Made by a program: the position numbers and the translations under genes. Shown here in pieces: positions 20,176 through 28,647 of a stretch of 64,000 nt of DNA. How positions within the stretch are numbered: the stretch's first letter is position 1; every line of letters begins with the position of its first letter. The notes beneath the pieces are model-generated. The model was not told the DNA's origin and ran no database searches. It saw only the letters and a list, made by a program, of their open reading frames with translations. This stretch comes from a virus (taxonomy: Duplodnaviria; Caudoviricetes). The stretch covers positions 850-64,849 of the IMG/VR virus record IMGVR_UViG_3300012096_000007. One strand, written 5' to 3'.

Positions 20176-20629
20176 TGCTCACATTCGCAGTGATGGTCAT
20201 TTGAGAAGATTTACCATAACCGCGATCAAGAATAACGGCTGATGCGGCAATTCGGTTTGCCTCGGGTGCACGCTTATTCTTTGCAATTTCAATAAGAGTA
20301 TGCATAGCCGCTGTAGCATTTTCTCGAGCCAAAGCCTGCAACTCATGCAATTCAAGCTGAATTGCTTTCTTTTGTTGCATTTTAATTCTATTCCGTTTCA
20401 ATGCTTCCTCCCTGAGAGCAGGCTTGAGTTTCAAGCCAAACCACGTGATCCTATAACGCTGCTTGCGTGTGTTGCCAAAACACCCATAAGGATTTAAAAC
20501 CCCACCGGGTGGAACCGCATATTGACGCAAAGCTTTCAATCTACTTGCGCTCCGTACTGGATTAGTACTTTTATAATTTCCAACACGAGCAACAACTTCA
20601 GGCAAACGTAATGGAATTATCTTGCTCAT
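20033..20629 (-). CDS. Terminase small subunit (putative)
   Basis: Upstream of and overlapping terL; RIAASAVILDRGYGK motif. Confidence 0.7.
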   Translation of the reverse strand: MSKIIPLRLPEVVARVGNYKSTNPVRSASRLKALRQYAVPPGGVLNPYGCFGNTRKQRYRITWFGLKLKPALREEALKRNRIKMQQKKAIQLELHELQALARENATAAMHTLIEIAKNKRAPEANRIAASAVILDRGYGKSSQMTITANVSNGKADNIDSTELDKRISRALKRVEDLTNRTPKAGTGQKRPVDLRKYN

Positions 20630-21156
20630 TACTCAAATTCCGGTAGTTGCCAACTGTCTATGGTTTGCTCCGTCAAATCTTCAATAGCTGCTTCTGCCTT
20701 GGCAGCAATCAATGCATATTGATTACGAACACCCTGAACGGTGACAATTAATGCAATGTCCTTTTCATGCTCAGCAGTACGTATAGTTTCGTCAAGTGAC
20801 AAAGCATCATTATATTTGATATGCGCTAAACGTATCTTACGTGCAGGAAGTATTTTCTCCATTGCTGCATTTTCAGCAAATCTTAAATCAGTCATCAACT
20901 TGATTTTCTTATCCTCAAGAGAAGGAGGTGGTGGTTTATCATCAATAACCACATAATCAGCTACATATTTATCTGGCTGCCCTTGAGTCTGAATCTTTTT
21001 AATTGCCCTCTCAACAAGAGGATGAGCCGTTGGCCGAGGCTTGCCAACTACCTTATTAAAATCATGCAATGTATCAATATAGTTTTTGACAGCATCATCA
21101 AAAGCGTTCTGATCCGCCCCATTCCAAAATTGTGATGTATGAATTTCAAAAGCCAT
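20629..21156 (-). CDS. Hypothetical protein
   Basis: 175 aa, RBS present. Confidence 0.55.
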   Translation of the reverse strand: MAFEIHTSQFWNGADQNAFDDAVKNYIDTLHDFNKVVGKPRPTAHPLVERAIKKIQTQGQPDKYVADYVVIDDKPPPPSLEDKKIKLMTDLRFAENAAMEKILPARKIRLAHIKYNDALSLDETIRTAEHEKDIALIVTVQGVRNQYALIAAKAEAAIEDLTEQTIDSWQLPEFE

Positions 21157-21165
21157 TACACTTCC

Positions 21166-21468
21166 TCACTTGAACTTTGCACCAAGTCGATGAGCATTGG
21201 CATTTCCACTCATACGAAGTTTAGCCGGTTGTTTAGCTTGAGTACCAAACTTTGGAACCTTGGCATGAGTTCCAGTAGGCGGTTTAGACTTACTAGTGAA
21301 GCCAGCAAGACCTGACAATCTGCCCGGCTTTTTATCAACAATCTTATTAGGTTGATTGGCAAGAGAGCCACTAGGAACAGGAGCCTTACCAGCAATCAAA
21401 CCCCGAGCTACGGCCGGTTCATTACTGTAATAAGGATTACTTGGCTGTGTCCTGATGCGCCTCTTCAT
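21166..21468 (-). CDS. Small basic protein, AHR(L/I)G C-terminal family
   Basis: Ends LRMSGNANAHRLGAKFK. Confidence 0.6.
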   Translation of the reverse strand: MKRRIRTQPSNPYYSNEPAVARGLIAGKAPVPSGSLANQPNKIVDKKPGRLSGLAGFTSKSKPPTGTHAKVPKFGTQAKQPAKLRMSGNANAHRLGAKFK

Positions 21469-21764
21469 TTTTTCTTACATCCGAGTCGATGTGCACCGGA
21501 TACACCTGAATTGCGCAACACAGGACCTCTAGTTTTAAAAATACCACCACTACTGTCAGGACCATGGATTCCCATATTCTTCACAGAATAACTTCTGTTA
21601 GGAATTCCAATGCCGTGACCCTGTGGTTGAGATTCATGCTTCCCAGCACCGCCGCCCCTAGGCATATTAGGACTTGGATCTTTGGGAACACCAATACTAG
21701 AACCATTAGGCTGATTCTTATGGCCATCTTTAGTTGGTAGTGGAGCTTTAATTTGTGTAGTCAT
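21465..21764 (-). CDS. Small basic protein, AHR(L/I)G C-terminal family
   Basis: Ends LRNSGVSGAHRLGCKKK. Confidence 0.6.
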   Translation of the reverse strand: MTTQIKAPLPTKDGHKNQPNGSSIGVPKDPSPNMPRGGGAGKHESQPQGHGIGIPNRSYSVKNMGIHGPDSSGGIFKTRGPVLRNSGVSGAHRLGCKKK

Positions 21765-21782
21765 GCTTTGTTCCTTTTAAAG

Positions 21783-22328
21783 TTAACGCTTTTTGCCAAT
21801 TCGATGTGCTCCAGAATGACCGCTTAAACGATGATGCCCATCATTCTGGATTGCGGTATGACCAAAACCATGAGAAGTTTTTGGTTTGTTATCAAAAGCG
21901 CTAACACCTTGCTTGTAACCAGATACTTCTTTTTCTGGTTCGGCAGCTTTCATTTTGCGTTCACCAGCATTATCTGAAAGCCTGTCAGCTGCACTACCTT
22001 CCCACTGATCAGTTGAAATGCCTTTGCGCTTGGCTTGCCGATAATCACTTGACCAATCTTCAGATGAACCTTCCCAAGTTTTAGCCCCAGCTTCAGGGGT
22101 GCTCTTGCCAGTTTCTACTGGCAGTTTAGCTACCACAGCGAGACTACCCTTTTCAGGCTTGCCGGTTCCAGCTGCTTTAGTTTCTTTCTTCTTTGTATTG
22201 AAATCCTTTTCAGGAACATGCGTACCGCTCTTATGAACATCAGCAGCAGCTTTTGCACCAAGCTTCTTATCCATTTTCCTGTTCCTGAAAGTTGTTGTGC
22301 TGATTTCGTTCAAGCCGGGTACAGCCAT
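21783..22328 (-). CDS. Basic protein, AHR(L/I)G family, with MCP-like N-terminus
   Basis: Ends RLSGHSGAHRIGKKR; begins MAVPGLNEISTTTFRNR. Confidence 0.65.
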   Translation of the reverse strand: MAVPGLNEISTTTFRNRKMDKKLGAKAAADVHKSGTHVPEKDFNTKKKETKAAGTGKPEKGSLAVVAKLPVETGKSTPEAGAKTWEGSSEDWSSDYRQAKRKGISTDQWEGSAADRLSDNAGERKMKAAEPEKEVSGYKQGVSAFDNKPKTSHGFGHTAIQNDGHHRLSGHSGAHRIGKKR

Positions 22329-22439
22329 GAATTTCTCCTACACCAGCAAATACACAGTTATTGGAATAATTGCCAGTACGATAATAACGCCAAAACAACC
22401 CGCTCCAAAATCATCAATGTGAAGGAATTTCTTCATGAT

Positions 22440-22667
22440 CTACCCCTTTGAAATTTCAGTAGCAAAAGCTCCTTTTGGCCCAGATTCAATTTTGAACTTC
22501 AGCTTGTCACCCGGATCTAAAATGACACTGGTTATATCCTTGCAAAAGCCAGATTCTCTTAAACGCTTGCTATGAATGAAAATATCTTTTCCATCAACAA
22601 GAACAAAGCCATAGCCTTTTTCAGAACTGAACCACTTCACTTCACCCGTAACAAAATCACTGGACAT
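22440..22667 (-). CDS. Cold-shock domain protein
   Basis: GEVKWFSSEKGYGFV...DIFIH (RNP1/RNP2 motifs). Confidence 0.85.
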   Translation of the reverse strand: MSSDFVTGEVKWFSSEKGYGFVLVDGKDIFIHSKRLRESGFCKDITSVILDPGDKLKFKIESGPKGAFATEISKG

Positions 22668-22741
22668 TTTAAGAAGCCTCAACTCACCTATGAACAAGGC
22701 TGGCAACATAATTGTTCTTCCTTGTCCAAGTCAAGGGTAGC

Positions 22742-22816
22742 TGGTGCCGATTGTAGGGCTCGAACCCACGACCTTCTCGTTACAAATGGGATGCACTTCC
22801 GCTGTGCTAAACCGGC
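22742..22816 (-). tRNA. tRNA-Thr(UGU), with two mismatches in the anticodon stem
   Basis: GCCGGTT/AATCGGC acceptor stem, GCAC/GTGC D-stem, TTCGAGC T-loop, encoded ACCA end. Confidence 0.8.
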
Positions 22817-22974
22817 TATTTAGCTTTTGTCTTGGGCTTATGTCCGTATTTTCCTTTATCAGCATTATGAAATTCTTTTGCCACCTTAACTGGGATATCA
22901 GCCTTCTTGGCAAAAGCAGGTGAATGGGCAGCCGCTGACATGAATTTTTTCTGTTTCAAGGATTTGCTAGGCAT
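22816..22974 (-). CDS. Small basic phage protein
   Basis: MPSKSLKQKKFMSAAAHSPAFAKKADIPVKVAKEF; RBS present. Confidence 0.65.
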   Translation of the reverse strand: MPSKSLKQKKFMSAAAHSPAFAKKADIPVKVAKEFHNADKGKYGHKPKTKAK

Positions 22975-22991
22975 GTTACTTCCCTTTAACC

Positions 22992-23020
22992 TTGTTTGAC
23001 ATAAGGTAATATTATATACT
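22992..23020 (+). promoter_or_regulatory. Sigma70-like promoter, probably leaderless, for the HNH gene
   Basis: TTGTTT-17 nt-TATACT, 7 nt before ATG at 23028. Confidence 0.45.
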
Positions 23021-23027
23021 CTGTAAC

Positions 23028-23600
23028 ATGAAAAGAGCAGGAAAACCACTCTATTTTAAAAACTGTGAATTCTGTGACAAACCTTTCATGAGAACGACTA
23101 CAAGTCGACGAAAACAAACTTGTAATAAAGTTTGTGGCATGAAGCTTGCTGGATTGCATAATAAAATTAAAATTTCTAAAGAAGAAATTCTCAACGCAAT
23201 AAACAAAACCTCAACATTTCGTGAATGTTGTGATGAACTAAAAATTGGCGCATGGACTTTAATGCGACGAATGAAAAATTACGATATTAAAAGACCTAAA
23301 ACTTATAAAAAAAGAAATGATGGCTATTGGCACTATAAGTCAAAACTAAATCACAGGAGAAAAATGGAAAAACATTTAAGACGCAAACTACAAGCACATG
23401 AACAAGTACATCATATTGATGGAGACAAAGATAATAATAATCCCAGAACCAATCTAATAATTGTCAATGGTCCCGGTGAGCATGGCCTTGTACATCAATC
23501 ATTACAAGAAATAGGTTATGCCCTCTATAAAAAGGGCATAATCAAATTTGATCATAAAACAAAAAGATATTATTTATTTCTTTCCGGAGACACGATTTAG
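23028..23600 (+). CDS. HNH endonuclease
   Basis: HRRKMEKHLRRKL...VHHIDGDKDNNN; N-terminal Zn finger. Confidence 0.85.
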   Translation: MKRAGKPLYFKNCEFCDKPFMRTTTSRRKQTCNKVCGMKLAGLHNKIKISKEEILNAINKTSTFRECCDELKIGAWTLMRRMKNYDIKRPKTYKKRNDGYWHYKSKLNHRRKMEKHLRRKLQAHEQVHHIDGDKDNNNPRTNLIIVNGPGEHGLVHQSLQEIGYALYKKGIIKFDHKTKRYYLFLSGDTI

Positions 23601-23744
23601 TCTTGGATTTGCCTTATGGGCTGCCTTGGAGGCCCCACGGCTGGCAGCTGCCAGCACTGCACCGGGATTTTTGATCTTTGGATTTTGACCTATCTTTTTC
23701 TCAACTGCTGCAAATCCGGGATGAGCTTTACTATGCTTGGCCAT
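23574..23744 (-). CDS. Small basic protein
   Basis: MAKHSKAHPGFAAVEKKI...NPRLNRVSGKK. Confidence 0.55.
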   Translation of the reverse strand: MAKHSKAHPGFAAVEKKIGQNPKIKNPGAVLAAASRGASKAAHKANPRLNRVSGKK

Positions 23745-23846
23745 TGACATTCTACCTTTCATGTCAAGATTAAATAACTTCCAGCTGAAGAATATACAAA
23801 GTGCCGGTATGTTACCCGGTGAAACCTGCGCCATCAAGGGGCAAAC

Positions 23847-24155
23847 ATGACAGACATAAGAGAATACACCATAATTTTGGATGATGTTATGCAAAAGTGG
23901 CTTGGAGAATTTAAGACCCTTGAACCATTGGATTATCGAATGCTGGCCATACTGCTTGATGACCCCATGAGTGTAAAGGAAGAAGGCATACGATTCGTGG
24001 TTGACATCAACAAGCCTGAAATTCAACGAAAACTGGACATGCTGAATGGACCCTACTTTAACACCATCATGAAAATGCTAGAACTAAGGATGTACAATGA
24101 AGACAGTAAGCGTAACAGCAAGGGAATTGAAAATAGCTGCCGAACATTGGTATGA
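23847..24155 (+). CDS. GPH-motif family protein
   Basis: KLDMLNGPYFNTIMKM. Confidence 0.65.
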   Translation: MTDIREYTIILDDVMQKWLGEFKTLEPLDYRMLAILLDDPMSVKEEGIRFVVDINKPEIQRKLDMLNGPYFNTIMKMLELRMYNEDSKRNSKGIENSCRTLV

Positions 24156-24366
24156 GCTTCACGGGTTAAAATCTATCTCAATGTGGCATTACCTGGAATA
24201 CCTTGGTGAAAAAGATCAAGCTGAAAAACTAAAAACAGCTATGTGGGGAAGAGCTGCATGGGACATTGAAGTATCTGAAGAGTCAGCCCGCAAAATCAAA
24301 GCGCTCAATGGGCCACACTACAAAACCCTGTTGGCCATCTATAAAGCCCAGAACATGATTAAGTAA
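24097..24366 (+). CDS. GPH-motif family protein
   Basis: KIKALNGPHYKTLLAIY. Confidence 0.65.
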   Translation: MKTVSVTARELKIAAEHWYELHGLKSISMWHYLEYLGEKDQAEKLKTAMWGRAAWDIEVSEESARKIKALNGPHYKTLLAIYKAQNMIK

Positions 24367-24371
24367 GCAAA

Positions 24372-24701
24372 ATGAAACAACCTAAGCAAGACCCCGGTGT
24401 AGAAATAGACAGTAGCAAATACTTCAGGGCACAATCACATTGGGTTGCCTTTTGGAGACAACAAGACCTAAACATACCAAGCTTTGGCAATTTCCTTGGC
24501 TTGACAAAAGGTGTCGTCATTCACGGACGAAAACATACAATGATGCTCAGAGCCAGCGCTGTAAGAAAAGTAGAAAAACTAGCAAGCCCATACTGGTACG
24601 CCATCCTCAAAGCCTATCAAGTCAGGCACTCCCGCACCAAACAAGAACGTGAATTCGATGACAATGACAGAAAAACAAATGACATTCATAGACGCGTTTG
24701 A
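24372..24701 (+). CDS. GPH-motif family protein
   Basis: KVEKLASPYWYAILKAY. Confidence 0.65.
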   Translation: MKQPKQDPGVEIDSSKYFRAQSHWVAFWRQQDLNIPSFGNFLGLTKGVVIHGRKHTMMLRASAVRKVEKLASPYWYAILKAYQVRHSRTKQEREFDDNDRKTNDIHRRV

Positions 24702-24909
24702 GTTCATTGATGCTGTGACAGCTTGGTACACCTACAAGCATGATGACCCCAGCAAACGCTTCATGGATTATCTAGGCATTCACCACTATAGCACCTACGC
24801 CGATAGATTCCTGATGCCGGAACACGCTGCCCATAAACTCAGGATGCTTCTATCCCCTCACGCACAAACTATCATCAGGATGTATTATGCAAAACAGACC
24901 AAAACCTGA
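24658..24909 (+). CDS. GPH-motif family protein
   Basis: KLRMLLSPHAQTIIRMY. Confidence 0.65.
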   Translation: MTMTEKQMTFIDAFEFIDAVTAWYTYKHDDPSKRFMDYLGIHHYSTYADRFLMPEHAAHKLRMLLSPHAQTIIRMYYAKQTKT

Positions 24910-25165
24910 CATTCATATTCCCAACAACAAAATGCAGCAGTCGTATTACAACTGGTGCCAAATCCCCATTGTTAACAAAAAGGAGGACTGGGCGATGTAT
25001 TGGGATTATGTTGGAGCCTACAAACAATCAAATGAAGGTAGATGGATACTGACCCAAGATGGCGCACGCTGAGTTGACTACCTGCTAGGCCCGCATGCTG
25101 AAACCATGGTGATGGCATGGTTCAAAACCAATAAACCGAAAATCAAACGATTCAAATTCAAATGA
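24887..25165 (+). pseudogene. GPH-motif family gene interrupted by an in-frame TGA at 25070-25072
   Basis: Frame continues after the stop as VDYLLGPHAETMVMAW. Confidence 0.6.
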
Positions 25166-25593
25166 GAGATATCATCAACATCAAAAATCTATGCATCAGC
25201 TGGCGCAGCTATGCCAGCCCCAGCTTTTTCTACTATCACCGCTATCATATTCATCACCAGAATGGAGACGATTACTTCCTGTTCATAGGCCCGTTACAGT
25301 TCAGATGGTGGAAAATGAAAGACTACAGCCGCATGATCAGCCGCCTAGATTATTTCAAGGCGATGGAAACCTATAACAAGATGGCTGAGAAGCTAAGGCT
25401 GGAAGCACCTGACTTCAGATTGTTCGTATCCCCTGTGCCCAAGGTAGACCGCCAACCCATACCGTTCAGGGCAATCTCAGAATCAGAACTGATTGAACTG
25501 ACCCCAGAAGGATACCAGCATTACAAGATGCTATCCAACCAACATGCCACCACCTTGTTAGCAGTATGGATCATCAAACATGCAAATCACTAG
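25162..25593 (+). CDS. GPH-motif family protein (divergent)
   Basis: HYKMLSNQHATTLLAVW. Confidence 0.55.
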   Translation: MRDIINIKNLCISWRSYASPSFFYYHRYHIHHQNGDDYFLFIGPLQFRWWKMKDYSRMISRLDYFKAMETYNKMAEKLRLEAPDFRLFVSPVPKVDRQPIPFRAISESELIELTPEGYQHYKMLSNQHATTLLAVWIIKHANH

Positions 25594-25855
25594 GGTTGAA
25601 TTGCGGGTAGCTTCTGACAAATACTGGAGGACGGTATTCAAGCTGCCATGGTATTTGCAGAAAGTGTGTCCTGCTTTCAAGGAGTATTTGGCACCGGACA
25701 AATACCCGTATTTGTACCAGAGGGATCAGGTTGAACTATCCATCAAAGGGGTGCAGCGCTATCAAAACCTGTTCTCACCCCATGTCGTCACCTTGCTAAC
25801 CATGTATGCCTTGCAGCGGATAGAAGCTTCCACAGGAGAAATCCAAGATGAATGA
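25580..25855 (+). CDS. GPH-motif family protein
   Basis: RYQNLFSPHVVTLLTMY. Confidence 0.65.
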   Translation: MQITRVELRVASDKYWRTVFKLPWYLQKVCPAFKEYLAPDKYPYLYQRDQVELSIKGVQRYQNLFSPHVVTLLTMYALQRIEASTGEIQDE

Positions 25856-26027
25856 TCATCAGCATGTGTGGGCCGAAACAGGCAAGCAAGCCAAACACGT
25901 GGAAGGAAGCCTGTTCAAGTACGGGACACCTGTTGTGACCTATGTCTTATGTGTAGTCTGTGGACAAACAGGCTATACCAGACCACCTAGCAAGATCATT
26001 TATACGTGGAAGCTTCCTGAGAAGTAG
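25848..26027 (+). CDS. Small protein with HxW and CxxC motifs
   Basis: MNDHQHVWAETG...CVVCGQTG; AGGAG RBS. Confidence 0.5.
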   Translation: MNDHQHVWAETGKQAKHVEGSLFKYGTPVVTYVLCVVCGQTGYTRPPSKIIYTWKLPEK

Positions 26028-26245
26028 TCTGATTTTTTCATATCTATCCTATAGGGAAGATAGAAGCTTCTTTGTATCCGTGGAAGTATCGAGATTTTTT
26101 ACTATATATTGCAGGGGAAGGTAAGAAGCTTCAACTATCCATAGAAGTAACCTAAATAATTAATATGTATCCCACGGGGAGAATTCATATTTTTATCATC
26201 CGTGGAAGCATCCTAGAAAAATCGACTGCATACCATGGGTACATT
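26021..26245. repeat. Degenerate ~61-bp tandem repeat (about 3.5 units)
   Basis: GAAG(T/C)A units at 26021, 26083, 26144 and 26205. Confidence 0.6.
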
Positions 26246-26714
26246 ATGCCCTTAACAGGGGGGAGGGGGTACCATTTTGTCATCCTGTGACAAAATCAGC
26301 TTTGTCAGTCAAGTAATATAGTCACCTGACTTCCACTGGTAAGCAACTCACCTGACTAACTCACCGGACGAAGACAACTAATACAAACAACAAAACAAAT
26401 CACTTGAGTTGGTCAAGGATGATATTCACCTTGGCGTGCATACTGGTAACATACACGTGACACAAATTTGTATAATTATTTGTATTATTTTTGTTTGCAT
26501 CATTAACATGCCACAATTGAATACTATGTTTGCATTGTTGACCGGGCCATATAGGCGCGGTGGTTCACCACTTAGGCCTTGCGGCCCAAACGCAAGGTGC
26601 GGCCCAAAAAGCCATAGCAACCTGAGCGCGCCCTAGCCAAGGCCTTTGATGGCCAGTGCTACGCAATGGGTAAATCAGCCACCCTATGAGGCTGATATTT
26701 GAAGGGTCAAAACT

Positions 26715-27317
26715 ATGTCAAATACAAACGCAAATGATGCAAGTGCACTTTACCCGCTGTTTTTCAAAAAATGGCAACCGGCTGGCATGGCCAAGCTGTT
26801 AGGCCCCAAACCTACAGCTGATCAGCTGGCCAAGGTGCACGCGTTGGGGCCACGCCATGGCAAACAATGCTTTATCATTGCCATGTCACTGCGTGACTGT
26901 GGCGTGACCCCCGCGCAAATGGTGCTGATCACTGGTACCAAGCACCTCAACAAAATGGGTGACTTGACCACTGACGCCTACTTGCGTGAGGTGCTGATGC
27001 CGCAAGTTGACAGCATGAAATGCTACAAGCGTGTAATCACCCCCAAAGGTGAGCAGCGCATTGAGCGGTTTGTTAAGGCACAAGCCGCTGCGGTGGCAGC
27101 GGGTGAGGCTGAAGTGGTCAAGGCACCCAAGGTGAAGGCGGCAGCAAAAAAGCGCACCAGCGCACCGCGCAAGCCCAAGGCAACGGTTGCTGAGCCGCAG
27201 CCGCACGTGACACCGGTACCGGCCAATGAAATGCCTAACACTGACAAGGTGGTTAGCATTGAAATTGACCACCATGACAATGACGGCACAACGCCGTTGC
27301 CCGTCAATCAGCTGTAA
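26715..27317 (+). CDS. DUF3489-like DNA-binding protein with K/A-rich tail
   Basis: GKQCFIIAMSLRDCGVTPAQMVLITG. Confidence 0.55.
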   Translation: MSNTNANDASALYPLFFKKWQPAGMAKLLGPKPTADQLAKVHALGPRHGKQCFIIAMSLRDCGVTPAQMVLITGTKHLNKMGDLTTDAYLREVLMPQVDSMKCYKRVITPKGEQRIERFVKAQAAAVAAGEAEVVKAPKVKAAAKKRTSAPRKPKATVAEPQPHVTPVPANEMPNTDKVVSIEIDHHDNDGTTPLPVNQL

Positions 27318-27368
27318 CTTCACAATGGCCGGGCGCAAATGCCCGGCCAAACTTTTGAGGTTACGGTC

Positions 27369-27683
27369 ATGAATGATGAACAATGGCAATATTGGCAAGG
27401 CCTATGGTTTAGGGCTTGGCAACTCATGCCACGGCATAGCGCAACCATGCTGTGCAAGCTGCTAGGTTACAGCGTGGCCAAGCCACCTAAGCTGATCAAT
27501 AGGTTTAATGGTAAAGCCTATTATGCCAGCAATGGCGCCAATAGCCGCATATACAGCAATTACAGGCGTGGCAGTAAGCCACGCTTGCCGGGCCAGCAAC
27601 GTTTACTAAAAATGCTGGCTGGGCCTCACGGTGAAACAGTTGCTAAGGCAATTGCCTTGCAACGCGGGTTTGAATTCAAGTAA
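27369..27683 (+). CDS. GPH-motif family protein
   Basis: RLLKMLAGPHGETVAKA. Confidence 0.65.
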   Translation: MNDEQWQYWQGLWFRAWQLMPRHSATMLCKLLGYSVAKPPKLINRFNGKAYYASNGANSRIYSNYRRGSKPRLPGQQRLLKMLAGPHGETVAKAIALQRGFEFK

Positions 27684-27771
27684 GGGCAGGCAAAATGCAA
27701 CATGACGCACACGTTACCAGCTGGCGCAACTGGCTGGCTGATTTAGTCAAAGCGTTGCGTAAATGAAATTG

Positions 27772-27805
27772 AACGGGCAGGGTCAAACCTTGCCCGTTTT
27801 ATTTT
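27772..27805 (+). terminator. Rho-independent terminator
   Basis: AACGGGCAGGG/CCTTGCCCGTT stem plus T-tract. Confidence 0.8.
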
Positions 27806-28080
27806 GCCCAGCTGAATTCGTCTTCTACGCTGTCTTATTCTTGCTTCCATTTAAACTGTGAAGAAGACTATTGGTGCAAAGAAGACTATACCTAGGAAGA
27901 AACTCATCTGGACGAAATGGCTCATCTGTCGAAGAAGTATAATTTTAAGACGACGACTTAATTCGCACTCATATTAATCCTCCTCCTCATCTGTCGAAGA
28001 AATCATTGTTATCTTCGTCGTATCCTTCGTTTCCCATGTCGGTAACCTATTCCATTGGTCTTATTAAGTCCCTATATGGC

Positions 28081-28545
28081 TCATCCAGCATCCACCAAAC
28101 TCAATTTGTTTGCAGATGCATCCACTGCATCAGTTATCTTCCTATAATAATGCTTCCTCTTGATACATTGAATCTTGTGCTTAGTAATCTTATACTTCTT
28201 GGCAATACTAGAATAATCATTTAGATCAAGATAAATGCTTTTCACTACCTCATCTGGCAACCTCATCCAACCTTTGGTACTGACTGACTCACGTCGTCTA
28301 TTATAACGCGTGGTATTTTCCTCAATAGTGATAGCTTTTACATTTCCACGCCTATATGAACCTTGATCACGATTGCGGGCCATTACATATTGTCCCTTCT
28401 TGCATCCACGCTTCTCAAGCAAATTTTCACCTAATTGCTCTACCCACCATTGACACCAATCTTCATATTCAAATTGAAATTTAATCCCACGATTCTTGGC
28501 AGTGTGCTTCTGGCCATCATAAGCAGTCTTTGATCTTGAACTCAT
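28081..28545 (-). CDS. HNH-like endonuclease
   Basis: RGIKFQFEYEDWCQWW...YVMARNRDQGSYRRGNV. Confidence 0.7.
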   Translation of the reverse strand: MSSRSKTAYDGQKHTAKNRGIKFQFEYEDWCQWWVEQLGENLLEKRGCKKGQYVMARNRDQGSYRRGNVKAITIEENTTRYNRRRESVSTKGWMRLPDEVVKSIYLDLNDYSSIAKKYKITKHKIQCIKRKHYYRKITDAVDASANKLSLVDAG

Positions 28546-28647
28546 TTCATCCTCACATTTTCGACTTCCACATATTATACACTTCCACCTTGAAAATCAT
28601 TTGTGGGTTAGGCCATAATAATCATTTCAGGGTTAAGGGTCTGTTTC

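Noticed and set aside
26886-27398. Antisense ORFs of 170 and 94 aa, and similar shadow ORFs across the window
   Set aside because: They overlap better-supported genes and lack RBSs or recognisable motifs
26420-27817. Ordinary restriction-site or GATC avoidance
   Set aside because: TGATCA is present several times, and the exclusion acts on 3-mers with sharp borders
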